DNA from: Bacteroidota bacterium
Lineage (GTDB): Bacteria > Bacteroidota > Rhodothermia > Rhodothermales > JBCDJV01
Direction: 5' to 3'
DNA length: 64,000 nt
NCBI GenBank assembly: GCA_038747425.1
Contig: JBCDJV010000005.1
Span: 7,137-71,136, forward strand
A program made the position numbers and the translations under genes. The notes under the pieces are model-generated. The model ran no database searches, was not told where the DNA came from, and saw nothing but the letters and a program-made list of their open reading frames with translations. Every line of letters begins with the position of its first letter. Position 1 is the first letter of the stretch. This document shows, in pieces, positions 51,513-61,896 of this stretch.

Positions 51513-52928
51513 ATGCCTGACCGATACGCACCAGACGCCTCCAACGCTCAGCCCAACGCTGCGGTGGATACGTCCTCAGCACCTTCTCTCTTTGCCAAGT
51601 GCGCTCGATTCTTCGAGCCGGACACGGACTACAGCCAGATCAAAGCATCGGGCCTCTACCCGTATTTCCGGCCCATCGAACGCAATGATGGGACCAAGGC
51701 CATCATGGATGGCCGGGAGATCGTCATGGCAGGCTCCAACAACTACCTCGGACTCCTGTCCGATGAACGCGTCAAGCAAGCCGCCGCCGACGCCATACAG
51801 CAGTATGGCACCGGCTGCACGGGGAGCCGCTTCCTCAACGGGACCCTGGACTTGCACCTGGAGCTCGAAGAACGCCTGGCCACCTTTATGGGCAAGGAGG
51901 CCTGCGTGCTCTTCTCAACGGGCTACATGACCAACCAGGGCGTGGTGCAGGCGGTGGCGTCCAAAGGGGACATCATCTTTTCGGACAAGGATAACCACGC
52001 TTGCATCGTAGCGGGCACGCAGATCAGCCTGGCCGAAACCTGGCGCTACCGGCACGACGACCTCGCCCACCTCCGCAAGCTGCTGGAGCGGGCTCACACC
52101 GAGCGCCCCCAAGCGGGCAAGCTAATCGTCACGGACGGCGTTTTCTCGATGAGCGGGAAGCTCGCCAACGTGCCTGAGTTGGTGGCCTTGGCCGAGGAGT
52201 TTGATGCCGCTCTCATGCTAGACGATGCGCACGCCGTGGGCGTGGTGGGGCCCGGCGGACGGGGCTCGGCGGCCCACTTTGGCCTGGCGGACCAGGTGCC
52301 GCTCATCACCAGCACCTTCTCGAAGAGCTTTGCCTCCTTGGGCGGCTTCTGCGTGGGCGACTACGAGGTCATTGAGTTCATCCGCCACACCGCCTCGGCC
52401 CACATCTTCAGCGCCTCCATGCCGCCCTCCAATGTGGCCACGGTCCTGAAGTGCTTGGAAATTCTGCAGGAGGAAACGTGGCGTGTGGAACGCCTCTGGG
52501 AGATCTCAGACTACATGCGGGACGGATTCCGCACCCTGGGCTTCGACGTGTGGAGCAGTGAGTCGCCGATCGTCCCGGTGGTGGTGGGCGACATGCACAC
52601 CTGCTTCCGGTTCTGGCAGGATCTGCTGGACGAGGGCGTGTTCGTCAACCCCGTGGTGCCGCCCGCTGTACCGCAGGGGCAGGCGCTGATGCGCACCTCG
52701 TACATGGCCAGCCACTCCAATGAGGATCTGGACTTCATCCTAGACGCCTTCGCGCGCGTCGGGCAGAAGCATGGCATCATCGACGGGGCCTCGGAGACGC
52801 GCTCCCTGAACGGATACGCTAGCAACGGGCACGCGCGCAACGGATATCACTCGAACGGACATCACTCGAACGGACATGCTGTGCATGGCGTCCACGCCAA
52901 CGGCTCCACCTCCAACGGCCAGCCCTGA
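51513..52928 (+). CDS. spt: Alpha-oxoamine synthase, serine palmitoyltransferase-like
   Basis: GLYPYFRPI, GSNNYLGL, GTGCTGSRFLNGT, DGVFSM, DDAH, TFSKSFASLGG (PLP Lys). Confidence 0.8.
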   Translation: MPDRYAPDASNAQPNAAVDTSSAPSLFAKCARFFEPDTDYSQIKASGLYPYFRPIERNDGTKAIMDGREIVMAGSNNYLGLLSDERVKQAAADAIQQYGTGCTGSRFLNGTLDLHLELEERLATFMGKEACVLFSTGYMTNQGVVQAVASKGDIIFSDKDNHACIVAGTQISLAETWRYRHDDLAHLRKLLERAHTERPQAGKLIVTDGVFSMSGKLANVPELVALAEEFDAALMLDDAHAVGVVGPGGRGSAAHFGLADQVPLITSTFSKSFASLGGFCVGDYEVIEFIRHTASAHIFSASMPPSNVATVLKCLEILQEETWRVERLWEISDYMRDGFRTLGFDVWSSESPIVPVVVGDMHTCFRFWQDLLDEGVFVNPVVPPAVPQGQALMRTSYMASHSNEDLDFILDAFARVGQKHGIIDGASETRSLNGYASNGHARNGYHSNGHHSNGHAVHGVHANGSTSNGQP

Positions 52929-52944
52929 CCCCTCGGCCTCGGGT

Positions 52945-54081
52945 GTGGCCTCGGGGCCTATCCGGGTGCATCCCGTCTCCTCGCGCGCAGATCGTCGCGC
53001 GTTCATTGACTTGGGCTACCGGCTTTATGACGGCGTCTCTGCCTTCGTACCTCCGCTCCGGCAGGAGGTCAAAAAGACGCTGGATCCGAAGAAAAATCCC
53101 TTCTTCGAGCATGGCCGCATGCAGCTTTTCCTAGCGCGGGATGCGCAGGACCAGGTGGTGGGGCGTATCGGCGCCATCATCAACGGCATGCACCTGAACA
53201 AGTACGAGGACGCCACTGGCTTCTTTGGCTTCTTCGAATGCGTGGACGATTTCGCGGTGGCCCGCGCCCTCCTGACCGAAGCCGAGGCCTGGCTTCGCGC
53301 CCAGGGCATGCGCCGCGTGCGGGGCCCCGCCAACCCGTCGCTCAACGACACCTGCGGGCTCCTCGTGGACGGCTTCGAACGCCCACCCTTCCTCTTGATG
53401 CCCTACAACCCGCCGTACTACGAATCGCTCTTGGCGCGATGGGGCTTCGAAACGGCCATGACCATGTGGGCCTACTACGTCCACGAAAAGTACGTTCAGA
53501 CGGACAAGCTCAAACGGGGCGCCCAGATCGTCTACCGCCGGAATCCGGGGCTCCAGGTCCGCACGCTCAACCTGGACCGTCTTTATGAAGAGGCGGAACT
53601 GATCCGCGACATCTACAACGACGCCTGGTCCGACAACTGGGGGCACGTCCCCATGACCGAGGCCGAGCTGCGCCATCTGGTGGACGATCTCAAACAAATC
53701 GTCGACAAAGAGATCGTCTACATCTTGGAGGACGCGGGCACCCCTGTGGCCTTCGCGATCAGCTTGCCCAACCTGAACCAAGCGCTCTCGTTGATCCCAG
53801 ATGGGCGCCTCTTTCCCACGGGTCTACTCAAACTGCTCGTCTACGGAGACACCGTCATCGACGAGATCCGGATGCCCCTCATGGGTGTCCGCCGGGCCTA
53901 TCATGGGCGCGGACTGGACGCCATCTTGATTCTCGAAACCATCGAGCGCGGCACAGCTAAGGGGTACCATGCCTGCGAGATGAGCTGGGTCCTGGATGCC
54001 AACAAGGTGCTCATCAACGCCCTGGATGCCTTGGGCGGCGTACGCGACAAGCGCTACGTCATGCTCGAAAAGACGCTGTAA
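52945..54081 (+). CDS. GNAT-fold protein, bacterial ceramide synthase (bCerS/YghO)-like; start uncertain
   Basis: VPPL..KNPFFEH, GRI.A, GFFGFFEC, GP.N..N..GLLVDGF..P..MPYNPPYY, NWG..P, EMSWVL..N. Confidence 0.78.
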   Translation: MASGPIRVHPVSSRADRRAFIDLGYRLYDGVSAFVPPLRQEVKKTLDPKKNPFFEHGRMQLFLARDAQDQVVGRIGAIINGMHLNKYEDATGFFGFFECVDDFAVARALLTEAEAWLRAQGMRRVRGPANPSLNDTCGLLVDGFERPPFLLMPYNPPYYESLLARWGFETAMTMWAYYVHEKYVQTDKLKRGAQIVYRRNPGLQVRTLNLDRLYEEAELIRDIYNDAWSDNWGHVPMTEAELRHLVDDLKQIVDKEIVYILEDAGTPVAFAISLPNLNQALSLIPDGRLFPTGLLKLLVYGDTVIDEIRMPLMGVRRAYHGRGLDAILILETIERGTAKGYHACEMSWVLDANKVLINALDALGGVRDKRYVMLEKTL

Positions 54082-54316
54082 GAGGACGTTGAGGTTCTGT
54101 CTCAGGGCTGCGCGCGGCCCGCAGGCGGTCCATCCCGGCTTCTTTCCGGTGCCCGTAGCGTGGCTATGAACACCCACAACGCACCGGCCTGTCCTCGCCA
54201 TCGAACCCCGCTCGCTGGCCGGACCAAAACCTCAACGCCCTCCAAGCCCCCAGGCTTCGGCGGCGCCCGTATCCGGCCCCCTGGCCGTCCCCGACCCCAC
54301 CCAGGCCACGGGGATG

Positions 54317-56110
54317 CTACTCGCTCGCCTTGGCTTCGAGAGCGCGCTGCAGAACGGTCTGCACGTCCCGGCGGCTGAACGGCTTAGACAAGTAGTCATC
54401 GAAGCCCATGTGGAGGAACTGCTGCCGGTCATGCGGCATGGCGAAGGCGGTGAACGCGACCACGTAGGCCTCTGAACTGGCCGCGCGGCCACGGAGTTCG
54501 TGGAGCAGATCGATGCCCGACGCATCGCCATCTAGTTTGATGTCCAGCAGCACAACGTCATGCGTCCCTTCCCGGAGGTGGTGCAAGCCCTCAGCGGTTG
54601 TGGCCGCGAAGACCGGCTGGCACAAGTCGCGCAGGAGCAGACCCAGCAGCCGGCGCGTGGATTCATCGTTGTCGATGACCAAGAGGCGGAGCGACGTCTC
54701 CGCCAACTCAACCGGAGGCAGCACGTCTGCGGGGGCCGGCGGAAACGGCACGTTCGCGACGCGTGGGAAGCGCACTTCAAACCGACTTCCCTGCCCTTCT
54801 TCGCTTTCCACCACGATGCTGCCTTGCATCAGCTCGACGAGATGCTTGGTGATGGCCAGGCCGAGTCCTACTCCCTGGCGATGGCCGGCATCGTCTGAGG
54901 TGTGCGCCTGGACAAACGGCTGGAACAGTCGGCTCAAGAACGCCGGCTCCATCCCAATACCGGTGTCCTCTACGGCGACCGCTACCATCGACCCTTGCCC
55001 GGACACCTGCACGCGAATGTGTCCGGCCTCGGTGTACTTGACCGCATTGCTGATCAGGTTGTCCAATACCCGACCAAAGAAACCGGTATCGACCAAGGCG
55101 TAGAGGGGGCCGTCTGGGGCTTCGACGCGCAGATCCAAGCCCCGCTGGCTGGCCAGCCCCCGGTAGGTCTCCTCCAGCTCGCGCAGCTCCTGCGCGAGGT
55201 CCACGGTCTCAAGTTCAGCCGACTGCTGGCCCGCCTGAAAACGGGCATAGTCCAGCACCGAGTTCAGCGTGGCGAGGAGCCGCTGCCCGCTGAGCTGGAT
55301 GAGCTCCGTAAACTCCTTCAATTCGGGCTCCACCAGTTCATCAATGACCTCGGAGAACCCGAGGATAGAGGCCAACGGCGTCCGGATCTCGTGGCTCAGG
55401 TTGGCCAGCATGCTGCTCTGAAAATGCATGGAAGAGACGGCCTCCTCTTGGGCCTCCACCAGGGCCTGCTCCAACCGGCGTTGGGCCGTCACGTCGAGCA
55501 TGGTGGTCCGGATGCGGGGGCCTTGCGGCGTCTGTAGCACCACGCTGTGCAATTGGGCATGGATGGGGGGCCGGTCGTGCTGCCTCAGGATGACCTCGCA
55601 GGTGGTGAGGGTCTTGCGGGCCATGACCTCTTCCAGGTGCAGGTGGAAGCGGCTCTTCGAGGCCTGCATCAGGTGCACCACAAACGGCCGGTACTGGACG
55701 CGCTGCCGCGACTGCCCTAACATGTTTAAGGCCGTATCGTTGACGTTGAAGACGGCCCCGTGTGCATCGAATACGAAGTAGCCGACCGGCGCCTCGTTGA
55801 AGAGGCTGTTCAGTTCTTGGTTGGAACGATCCAGCTCCGCTTGGGCGGCACGCAGCTCGTGGTTCTGCAGCTCCAGCTCCACCTGATAGATCCGTAGCTC
55901 TTCGAGGAGCTCGGCCTGGGAGGGGTCTGCTTGCTCGGGGGCGGGCGAGGCTTCTGAGGTGGAAGCGGACTGCCCGGCTAGGACAGATTCAGCGCGTTCG
56001 CGGAGGTTGGTATCGCGCCGAACGGGGCCTGGGCGTGGAGGCTCGGCGTCAGAAGCGAACGGAGGAGACATAAGAAATGAGGTCTCGAAATCCGTGAGGA
56101 GCGCGGACAT
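54317..56110 (-). CDS. Hybrid PAS sensor histidine kinase/response regulator
   Basis: ELELQNHEL coil, PAS, SHEIRTPL, NLISNAVKYT, DTGIG, GLGLAI, C-terminal REC (LLDIKL, SKPF). Confidence 0.92.
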   Translation of the reverse strand: MSALLTDFETSFLMSPPFASDAEPPRPGPVRRDTNLRERAESVLAGQSASTSEASPAPEQADPSQAELLEELRIYQVELELQNHELRAAQAELDRSNQELNSLFNEAPVGYFVFDAHGAVFNVNDTALNMLGQSRQRVQYRPFVVHLMQASKSRFHLHLEEVMARKTLTTCEVILRQHDRPPIHAQLHSVVLQTPQGPRIRTTMLDVTAQRRLEQALVEAQEEAVSSMHFQSSMLANLSHEIRTPLASILGFSEVIDELVEPELKEFTELIQLSGQRLLATLNSVLDYARFQAGQQSAELETVDLAQELRELEETYRGLASQRGLDLRVEAPDGPLYALVDTGFFGRVLDNLISNAVKYTEAGHIRVQVSGQGSMVAVAVEDTGIGMEPAFLSRLFQPFVQAHTSDDAGHRQGVGLGLAITKHLVELMQGSIVVESEEGQGSRFEVRFPRVANVPFPPAPADVLPPVELAETSLRLLVIDNDESTRRLLGLLLRDLCQPVFAATTAEGLHHLREGTHDVVLLDIKLDGDASGIDLLHELRGRAASSEAYVVAFTAFAMPHDRQQFLHMGFDDYLSKPFSRRDVQTVLQRALEAKASE

Positions 56111-56303
56111 CCTGAAGGGGGCGCTAGGCGCGAGCCAACATACGACCCGCCTTTCGCATTCCCAAACACGGGACATCTCCCCCCCTCATCCTGAGAGGTC
56201 TCGCATTTGTTCTGGACACCACTATGGCCTACATTACCATATCTTTACAACCTAGGCGGCCTGTGTTACGGCGGCCTCCCGCTCTACAACCCTTGTATCG
56301 TCT

Positions 56304-59300
56304 ATGCAGCCTGTCCCCGCGGACGTTCAGCATCCCCAACCGTTCTTCATCGTGGGCGTGGGCGCCTCCGCAGGTGGACTTGAGGCGTTGGAACGATTTT
56401 TCACCGGTATGCCACTGGATATCCCAGCGGCCTTTGTGGTGATCCAGCACCTTTCGCCCACCCACAAAAGCCTGATGGGCGAGCTGCTGGCCAAGCACAC
56501 GCGCCTTCCCATCGAGTACGCCGCCGAGGGATCGAGCATCGTCCCCGGGCACATCTACCTGATCCCTCCCAGCAAAAACCTGCTCATCCGCCAAGGGCGC
56601 CTGCACCTGTATGAGCAGGAGCGACGCGGGCACATCAACTTCCCGATCGACCTCTTCTTTGAGTCGCTGGCCTACTACCGCACCAACCGCGCGGTGGGCG
56701 TGATCTTGTCCGGTACCGGGAGCGACGGCACCAAAGGCATCCGTACCATCAAGGAGCAAGGAGGGCTAGTCCTGGTCCAGAAGCCGGAGTCGGCTAAGTT
56801 TGACGGCATGCCCCGCAGCGCCCTGGCCACCAACCTGGTGGACCTCGTCGTGCCCCCCAGCGACATGGCGACCATCCTCAACAGCTTTACCAGCACGTCC
56901 ACCTCGACGATTCAGGAAACGCTGGACCAGCTCGTCGAGCACGAGAACAGCTACAAGCAAATCGTGGATGCGCTACGGCGCCAAGGAGGGGTAGACTTCA
57001 GCCTCTACAAAGACACCACGATTTCGCGTCGGATCCAGCACCGGATGGGCTTGCTGCAGATCATGGACATCGACGAGTATGCGGCGCTCGTGCGGCAGTC
57101 TGAGCAGGAGGCTCGGGCGCTGCAACGAGAGATGCTCATCGGCGTGACGCGTTTCTTCCGCGATGGCGCCGCCTTCGACAAGCTGGGGGAGTTGGTGCTG
57201 GACAACCTGATCGAACGGGCCTTGGAGCGGCCTGTGCCCACCTTGCGGCTCTGGTGCGTAGCCTGTTCCACGGGCGAGGAGGTGTACTCGCTGGCGATGA
57301 TGCTGGTGGAGCGCGTGCGCAAGTTAGACCACTACCTGGACATCAAGATCTTCGCGACCGATGTGGACCGGTCAGCCCTCAACGCGGCCAGTGTGGGCGT
57401 GTATGCCTCTAGCATCATCGCGGATGTGCCCAAAGACTACCTGCAACGATACTTCACCAAGGAGGGGGATCAATACCAGATCTCGCGCGAGCTACGACAG
57501 CGCATCGTGTTTGCCCCGCACAACGTCCTCAAGGATCCACCGTTCTCCCGCATCGACTTGATCTCGTGTCGCAACCTTCTGATCTACCTCAAGCAGGAGG
57601 CGCAAGAACATACCTTGCTTCAGTTTGCCTACTCGGCGGCCCGTGGGTACGTGTTTTTAGGCAGCAGTGAGAGCGTTTCCGAGCAGGCGGATTACTTTGC
57701 GCCGCTTGATTCCAAGGCCCGCATCTTCCAGGTACGTGGCCATGTGGATGCGCCCACGTACTCGCGACAGCGCCTCTCGCCCCATCTCCAAACGGTTACG
57801 TCGCTGGCACAGGCCAATCGGACGTCCTCGTCTCCACCCAGCAGCCGCGCGGAACTGTACGAAGAGGTCTTGGAGCCGTTCATGCCACCCTCCATGATCA
57901 TTGACCGCAACCGGGCCATCACGCATTGCTTCGGCCGCGTCGAACCGTTTCTGCGGGTACCGCGCGGCCGCGTGGACATGGACGTCTCCCGCGCGGTCCA
58001 TCCGAACCTGCGGGTCCCCCTCGGTACGGCCCTGCACAAGGTCCTAAGCGACCGCGAGACGGTGTCCTACCAAGCCCTGACGCTACAAACGGACGAGCAG
58101 GAGTATCAGTTTGATCTGCATGCCCGGCCTGTCACGCTGACCTCCGGCCATGAGGCCGCGCTGGTCGTCTTCCAGGCGCCTCGCACCGCGCCTGACTATG
58201 GCGAGTCGACAGGCTCAGGCAACACCGTCGAAGCGCAGACACAGCAGCGCATCCTGGACCTGGAGCGGAAGCTCCGGTACAACGAGGAGAGCCTGCAGGC
58301 CGCTATCGAGGAGCTGGAAACCTCCAACGAGGAGCTGCAGGCTACCAACGAGGAGTTGATGGCTTCCAACGAGGAGCTGCAGAGCACCAACGAAGAACTG
58401 CAGAGCACCAACGAGGAGTTGTTCAGCGTCAACTCTGAACTCCATGCCAAGGTGGTGGAGTTGACCCGCCTCAACGTGGACATGGATAGCTTGCTGGAAA
58501 ATCTAGAGGTGAGCACGGTCTTCTTGGACCCCGAGCTCCGGATCCGCAAGTTCACCCGCTCGGCCTCTACCCTCATCTCGCTCAGCAGCGGTGATGTGGG
58601 ACGGCCTGTCTACCATTTCGCCCATGCCTTTCATGGGCTGGACCTACGGAAGATTGCCGAGCAGGTGATGGAACAGTCGCACTCCCACGAGCAGATGGTA
58701 CAATCCACGGATGGCTTGTGGTACCTAGTGCGGCTGCACCCGTACGAGTCGGTGGAGCGCCTCTTCCGCGGCGTGGTGGTCATGTTTATCGACGTGACCG
58801 ACCTCCACGAAGCACGGGAAGCTCTAGCCAACCAGGCGGCCCAGATCCAGTCCATCACCGAGAGTGTGGATACCCCGCTCGCCGCCTTGGACGGTAAGCT
58901 ACGGTTCACTTACTTCAACAAAGCCTATCAGCACGTCGTTGATTCGCTCATCGGTCAGCCGCTCCACCCAGGTATGCCCTTCAACGACGTATTCGCCACG
59001 CTGGCCGACTATCCAGAGCTACACGAGCAGATGAACCAGGCGCTGACAGGAGGATCCGGAGCGATGACCGCGGTCATCCAGCCCCCTGACTCGCTCAACG
59101 CCGAGGAGTCCTCGACCCGCTACCTCCGTTTTGCCACGCACCCCATCACCAACGAACACGACCAGATCCTCGGCATCACCCAGGTGATCCGCGATGTCAC
59201 GCGCCAACGCAACGAAACCGTAGAGTTGAAGCAGAAGGCTGATGTGCTGGGCGGCATGTACACTGACAGTGATGTGGCCGTGTTCATGATTGATGTGGAA

Positions 59301-59651
59301 GCTGGAGGCGTCTTCCGGTTCTCGGACAACAACGCGACCCATGAGCGTTTGAGTGGCATGCAGAAGCACTGGCTGCGCGGGCGCACACCGGAGGATCTGG
59401 CTCCCCGCCTCCCCCAGGACGCCATCGAGGCGGTCCGTGCCAACTATCAGCGCTGCCTGGACCAGAATGGCCCGATCCAGTACGAAGAGGTCATTCCCAT
59501 CAGTGGCGTGGAGACCGGCTGGCTCACTCGCCTGACACCTATCAAGGATGCGGAAGGAACCATCACGCGCATCATCGGGACCTCGCTGCAGCTGCCCTCG
59601 GCCAGCACGCCTACCGCTGCGCACTCGGATGAAGCGGCCGAGCCCTCCTAG
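56304..59651 (+). CDS. CheB/CheR fusion protein with coiled coil and PAS domains
   Basis: [17 protein letters not shown] (CheB); [26 protein letters not shown] (CheR); (EELQSTN)n; several PAS domains. Confidence 0.92.
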   Translation: MQPVPADVQHPQPFFIVGVGASAGGLEALERFFTGMPLDIPAAFVVIQHLSPTHKSLMGELLAKHTRLPIEYAAEGSSIVPGHIYLIPPSKNLLIRQGRLHLYEQERRGHINFPIDLFFESLAYYRTNRAVGVILSGTGSDGTKGIRTIKEQGGLVLVQKPESAKFDGMPRSALATNLVDLVVPPSDMATILNSFTSTSTSTIQETLDQLVEHENSYKQIVDALRRQGGVDFSLYKDTTISRRIQHRMGLLQIMDIDEYAALVRQSEQEARALQREMLIGVTRFFRDGAAFDKLGELVLDNLIERALERPVPTLRLWCVACSTGEEVYSLAMMLVERVRKLDHYLDIKIFATDVDRSALNAASVGVYASSIIADVPKDYLQRYFTKEGDQYQISRELRQRIVFAPHNVLKDPPFSRIDLISCRNLLIYLKQEAQEHTLLQFAYSAARGYVFLGSSESVSEQADYFAPLDSKARIFQVRGHVDAPTYSRQRLSPHLQTVTSLAQANRTSSSPPSSRAELYEEVLEPFMPPSMIIDRNRAITHCFGRVEPFLRVPRGRVDMDVSRAVHPNLRVPLGTALHKVLSDRETVSYQALTLQTDEQEYQFDLHARPVTLTSGHEAALVVFQAPRTAPDYGESTGSGNTVEAQTQQRILDLERKLRYNEESLQAAIEELETSNEELQATNEELMASNEELQSTNEELQSTNEELFSVNSELHAKVVELTRLNVDMDSLLENLEVSTVFLDPELRIRKFTRSASTLISLSSGDVGRPVYHFAHAFHGLDLRKIAEQVMEQSHSHEQMVQSTDGLWYLVRLHPYESVERLFRGVVVMFIDVTDLHEAREALANQAAQIQSITESVDTPLAALDGKLRFTYFNKAYQHVVDSLIGQPLHPGMPFNDVFATLADYPELHEQMNQALTGGSGAMTAVIQPPDSLNAEESSTRYLRFATHPITNEHDQILGITQVIRDVTRQRNETVELKQKADVLGGMYTDSDVAVFMIDVEAGGVFRFSDNNATHERLSGMQKHWLRGRTPEDLAPRLPQDAIEAVRANYQRCLDQNGPIQYEEVIPISGVETGWLTRLTPIKDAEGTITRIIGTSLQLPSASTPTAAHSDEAAEPS

Positions 59652-59786
59652 TGGGCCCGAGCGGGCCTTTGCAACAGCTTGGCGTGGGTTCGTGAACGCA
59701 GGCGCCCTGGCTTGAAGCCAGGTGCTCACCGCGCGCTGACCCTGAGCCGCCCCCAGTTTGTACCCTTGGGCCACTCCGATCCCCCC

Positions 59787-60530
59787 GTGCCGCCTCTCTT
59801 GAACGCTCTGCCTCGCCCCGCGTTTGTCTACTTCGACCTGGACGACACGCTCCTGGATCACCGGCATGCCGAACAGCAGGCGTGGCGGGACCTTGTGGCT
59901 ACGTATCCCGAGGCCTTTCAACCTCACGCGCTGAGCGCTGTGCAGGCCACGTACAGCCAGGAGAACCGGCGGCTGTGGCGAGCCTATGCGAGCGGGACCG
60001 TGGACCGGGCCACCCTGCAGCTAGACCGCTTCGCGCACACGCTCGCGGCGTTGCACATCAAGAGCCTGGACCCCGCCGAGGTAGGCGCGGCCTACATGCG
60101 CCACTATGCCACCCACTGGACCCTTCAGGAAGGGGCCGCCGACCTTTTCCACTGGGTGGCTGAACGCAGGCCCGTGGGACTGCTCACGAACGGGTTTGCC
60201 GAGGTGCAACACGCCAAACTGGACCGCTTTCCGTTTCTCCGAGCGCAGGCCCAGGCGGTGATCATCAGCGAGGAGGTCGGCTACTTGAAGCCCGACCAAC
60301 GGCTCTTCGCTCATGCCACAGCACAGACTGGCGTCGACGCGTCGGCCATTCTCTATGTGGGCGATTCCTTCACTTCCGATGTGGAAGGCGGCCTGGGGGC
60401 GGGTTGGCAAGTAGCCTGGTATACCCCAGACGGCGCGGCGGCGTCACAGGCCTTGCCTGAGGGAGCCCCGGCCTATCGGTTCAGCACCTGGTCCACTCTA
60501 CGCGCACACCTGGGCAGGCGCCGTGTGTGA
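59787..60530 (+). CDS. HAD hydrolase, YjjG-like nucleotidase
   Basis: FDLDDTL, LTNGF, SEEVG..KP, VGDS..SDV.G. Confidence 0.88.
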   Translation: MPPLLNALPRPAFVYFDLDDTLLDHRHAEQQAWRDLVATYPEAFQPHALSAVQATYSQENRRLWRAYASGTVDRATLQLDRFAHTLAALHIKSLDPAEVGAAYMRHYATHWTLQEGAADLFHWVAERRPVGLLTNGFAEVQHAKLDRFPFLRAQAQAVIISEEVGYLKPDQRLFAHATAQTGVDASAILYVGDSFTSDVEGGLGAGWQVAWYTPDGAAASQALPEGAPAYRFSTWSTLRAHLGRRRV

Positions 60531-60555
60531 AGGCCGGCTCTTCACGGCCACACGT

Positions 60556-61221
60556 TCAGAAGCCCAGGCGGTTGAGCACGTAATCGAGCTTGCTGCGTAG
60601 ACCGAGGCCGTAGCCATAACGTTCGGCGGTGCCGCGCCCAAGGTGGTGGACGTAGGTCTCGATGGGAAAGGCATGGAGCCCGTAGCCGGCCTGATGCGCA
60701 TCCTCAAAGTTGTGGAGCGCAGGGAGACCATGGTGGACAAAGGGCCGAAAACGGTGGTAGAGGTCGCGCTTGAGTAGCATGAAGGCACTGGCCAAGACCG
60801 GCGTGCCTTGGTCATCACGAAAACCGCGCGCGTTGGCTCGGACCACCTGTCCAGCGCCGTAGAGCGTCTCGTCGGCCTCTAGCACAGCCCCCATGGCCTC
60901 CAAGAATCCGGGGCGTTTTGTCTCGGTATCGCTGTCGAGGACAAACACGTAGGGGGTCTGCAGGCGTTCCAGGGCATGATGCATGGCAGGCCCATGGTAC
61001 CGGTTCTCGGCGAGCCACTCTACAGACAGGCTCGCCCCCAGGTCCACCTGCAGTTGTTCAATCGTAGCGCGTGATGTATCCTGCGAGCCATTGTCGACCA
61101 GCAAGAGCGGCACCGCCGGGTAGACCGCATGAAAGGTGCGGACGGCCGTCTCCAGCAAGTCGGGCGTCTGGTAATTGACCACCGTAGCGGCCACGCGGTC
61201 CAGGAAAGGAGAGTGATCCAT
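60556..61221 (-). CDS. Glycosyltransferase family 2
   Basis: VVNY, VDNGSQD, LDSDT (DxD), VHHLG. Confidence 0.85.
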   Translation of the reverse strand: MDHSPFLDRVAATVVNYQTPDLLETAVRTFHAVYPAVPLLLVDNGSQDTSRATIEQLQVDLGASLSVEWLAENRYHGPAMHHALERLQTPYVFVLDSDTETKRPGFLEAMGAVLEADETLYGAGQVVRANARGFRDDQGTPVLASAFMLLKRDLYHRFRPFVHHGLPALHNFEDAHQAGYGLHAFPIETYVHHLGRGTAERYGYGLGLRSKLDYVLNRLGF

Positions 61222-61302
61222 GGATGACCAAGGGCAGGGAAGGCCCACACTGACCCTCGAGCGGGGGTCCAGGTTTCCAGTTGGGACCTGGAGGGGGCGA
61301 GG

Positions 61303-61785
61303 TTGATCCGCCGCGCTCACGCGGGGGACGCCCCAGCGATTGCGGCCATCTTGAACGCCTCCATCGCCGCACAAGACAGCCTGATGGTCACGACGCCGGT
61401 CGACGCGGCCGGGCTGGCGCGCCAGATGAGCGAGATGGGCGATCGAGAGGGCTACTGGGTGCTGGTGGAGGGCTCTCTGGTCAACGGCTGGGGCGTGATC
61501 AAACGCTACAGCCCTCGGGCGGGCTACCGATGGACCGCAGAAACTTCGGTCTACCTCCGTCGGGATCAAAGGGGACGTGGGCATGGGACCCGGCTACAGC
61601 GGGCGTTGATGACGCAGTGCCGAGCGTGGGGAGACCATCACTTGGTAGCCAAGATCTGGGCCTCTAACGCCAGGAGCATCGCCCTGCACGAGCGATTGGG
61701 CTACGAGCGGGTAGGGGTGCAACGCGAGGTGGGCTTTGTAGGCGGGCAGTGGCGCGACGTGATCTTGCTGCAGTGTATTCTGTAG
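61303..61785 (+). CDS. GNAT acetyltransferase (phosphinothricin acetyltransferase/YncA family)
   Basis: YRWTAETSVY..RGRGHG, NARSIALHERLGY, EVGF..GQWRDV. Confidence 0.9.
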   Translation: MIRRAHAGDAPAIAAILNASIAAQDSLMVTTPVDAAGLARQMSEMGDREGYWVLVEGSLVNGWGVIKRYSPRAGYRWTAETSVYLRRDQRGRGHGTRLQRALMTQCRAWGDHHLVAKIWASNARSIALHERLGYERVGVQREVGFVGGQWRDVILLQCIL

Positions 61786-61864
61786 CGGGCGGTGCGGGCA
61801 GGCCGCTGGGGGCAGCTTGCGGGCGGTCCAAACCGACGCCTTGACCGCCATGGCGTACGCGCAC

Positions 61865-61896
61865 AAAAAAAGCCGCCTCCAAGTGGGGCAGCTTTT
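61865..61896 (-). terminator. Rho-independent terminator, minus strand
   Basis: Minus strand reads GCTGCCCC-actt-GGAGGCGGC followed by T7. Confidence 0.55.

Noticed and set aside
58306-58420. 21-bp periodic repeats
   Set aside because: Encode the usual EELQSTN heptad coil of CheB/CheR fusions.
59706-59722. CCTGGCT-TGA-AGCCAGG hairpin as a REP
   Set aside because: Single short copy in the window; could be chance or a weak terminator.
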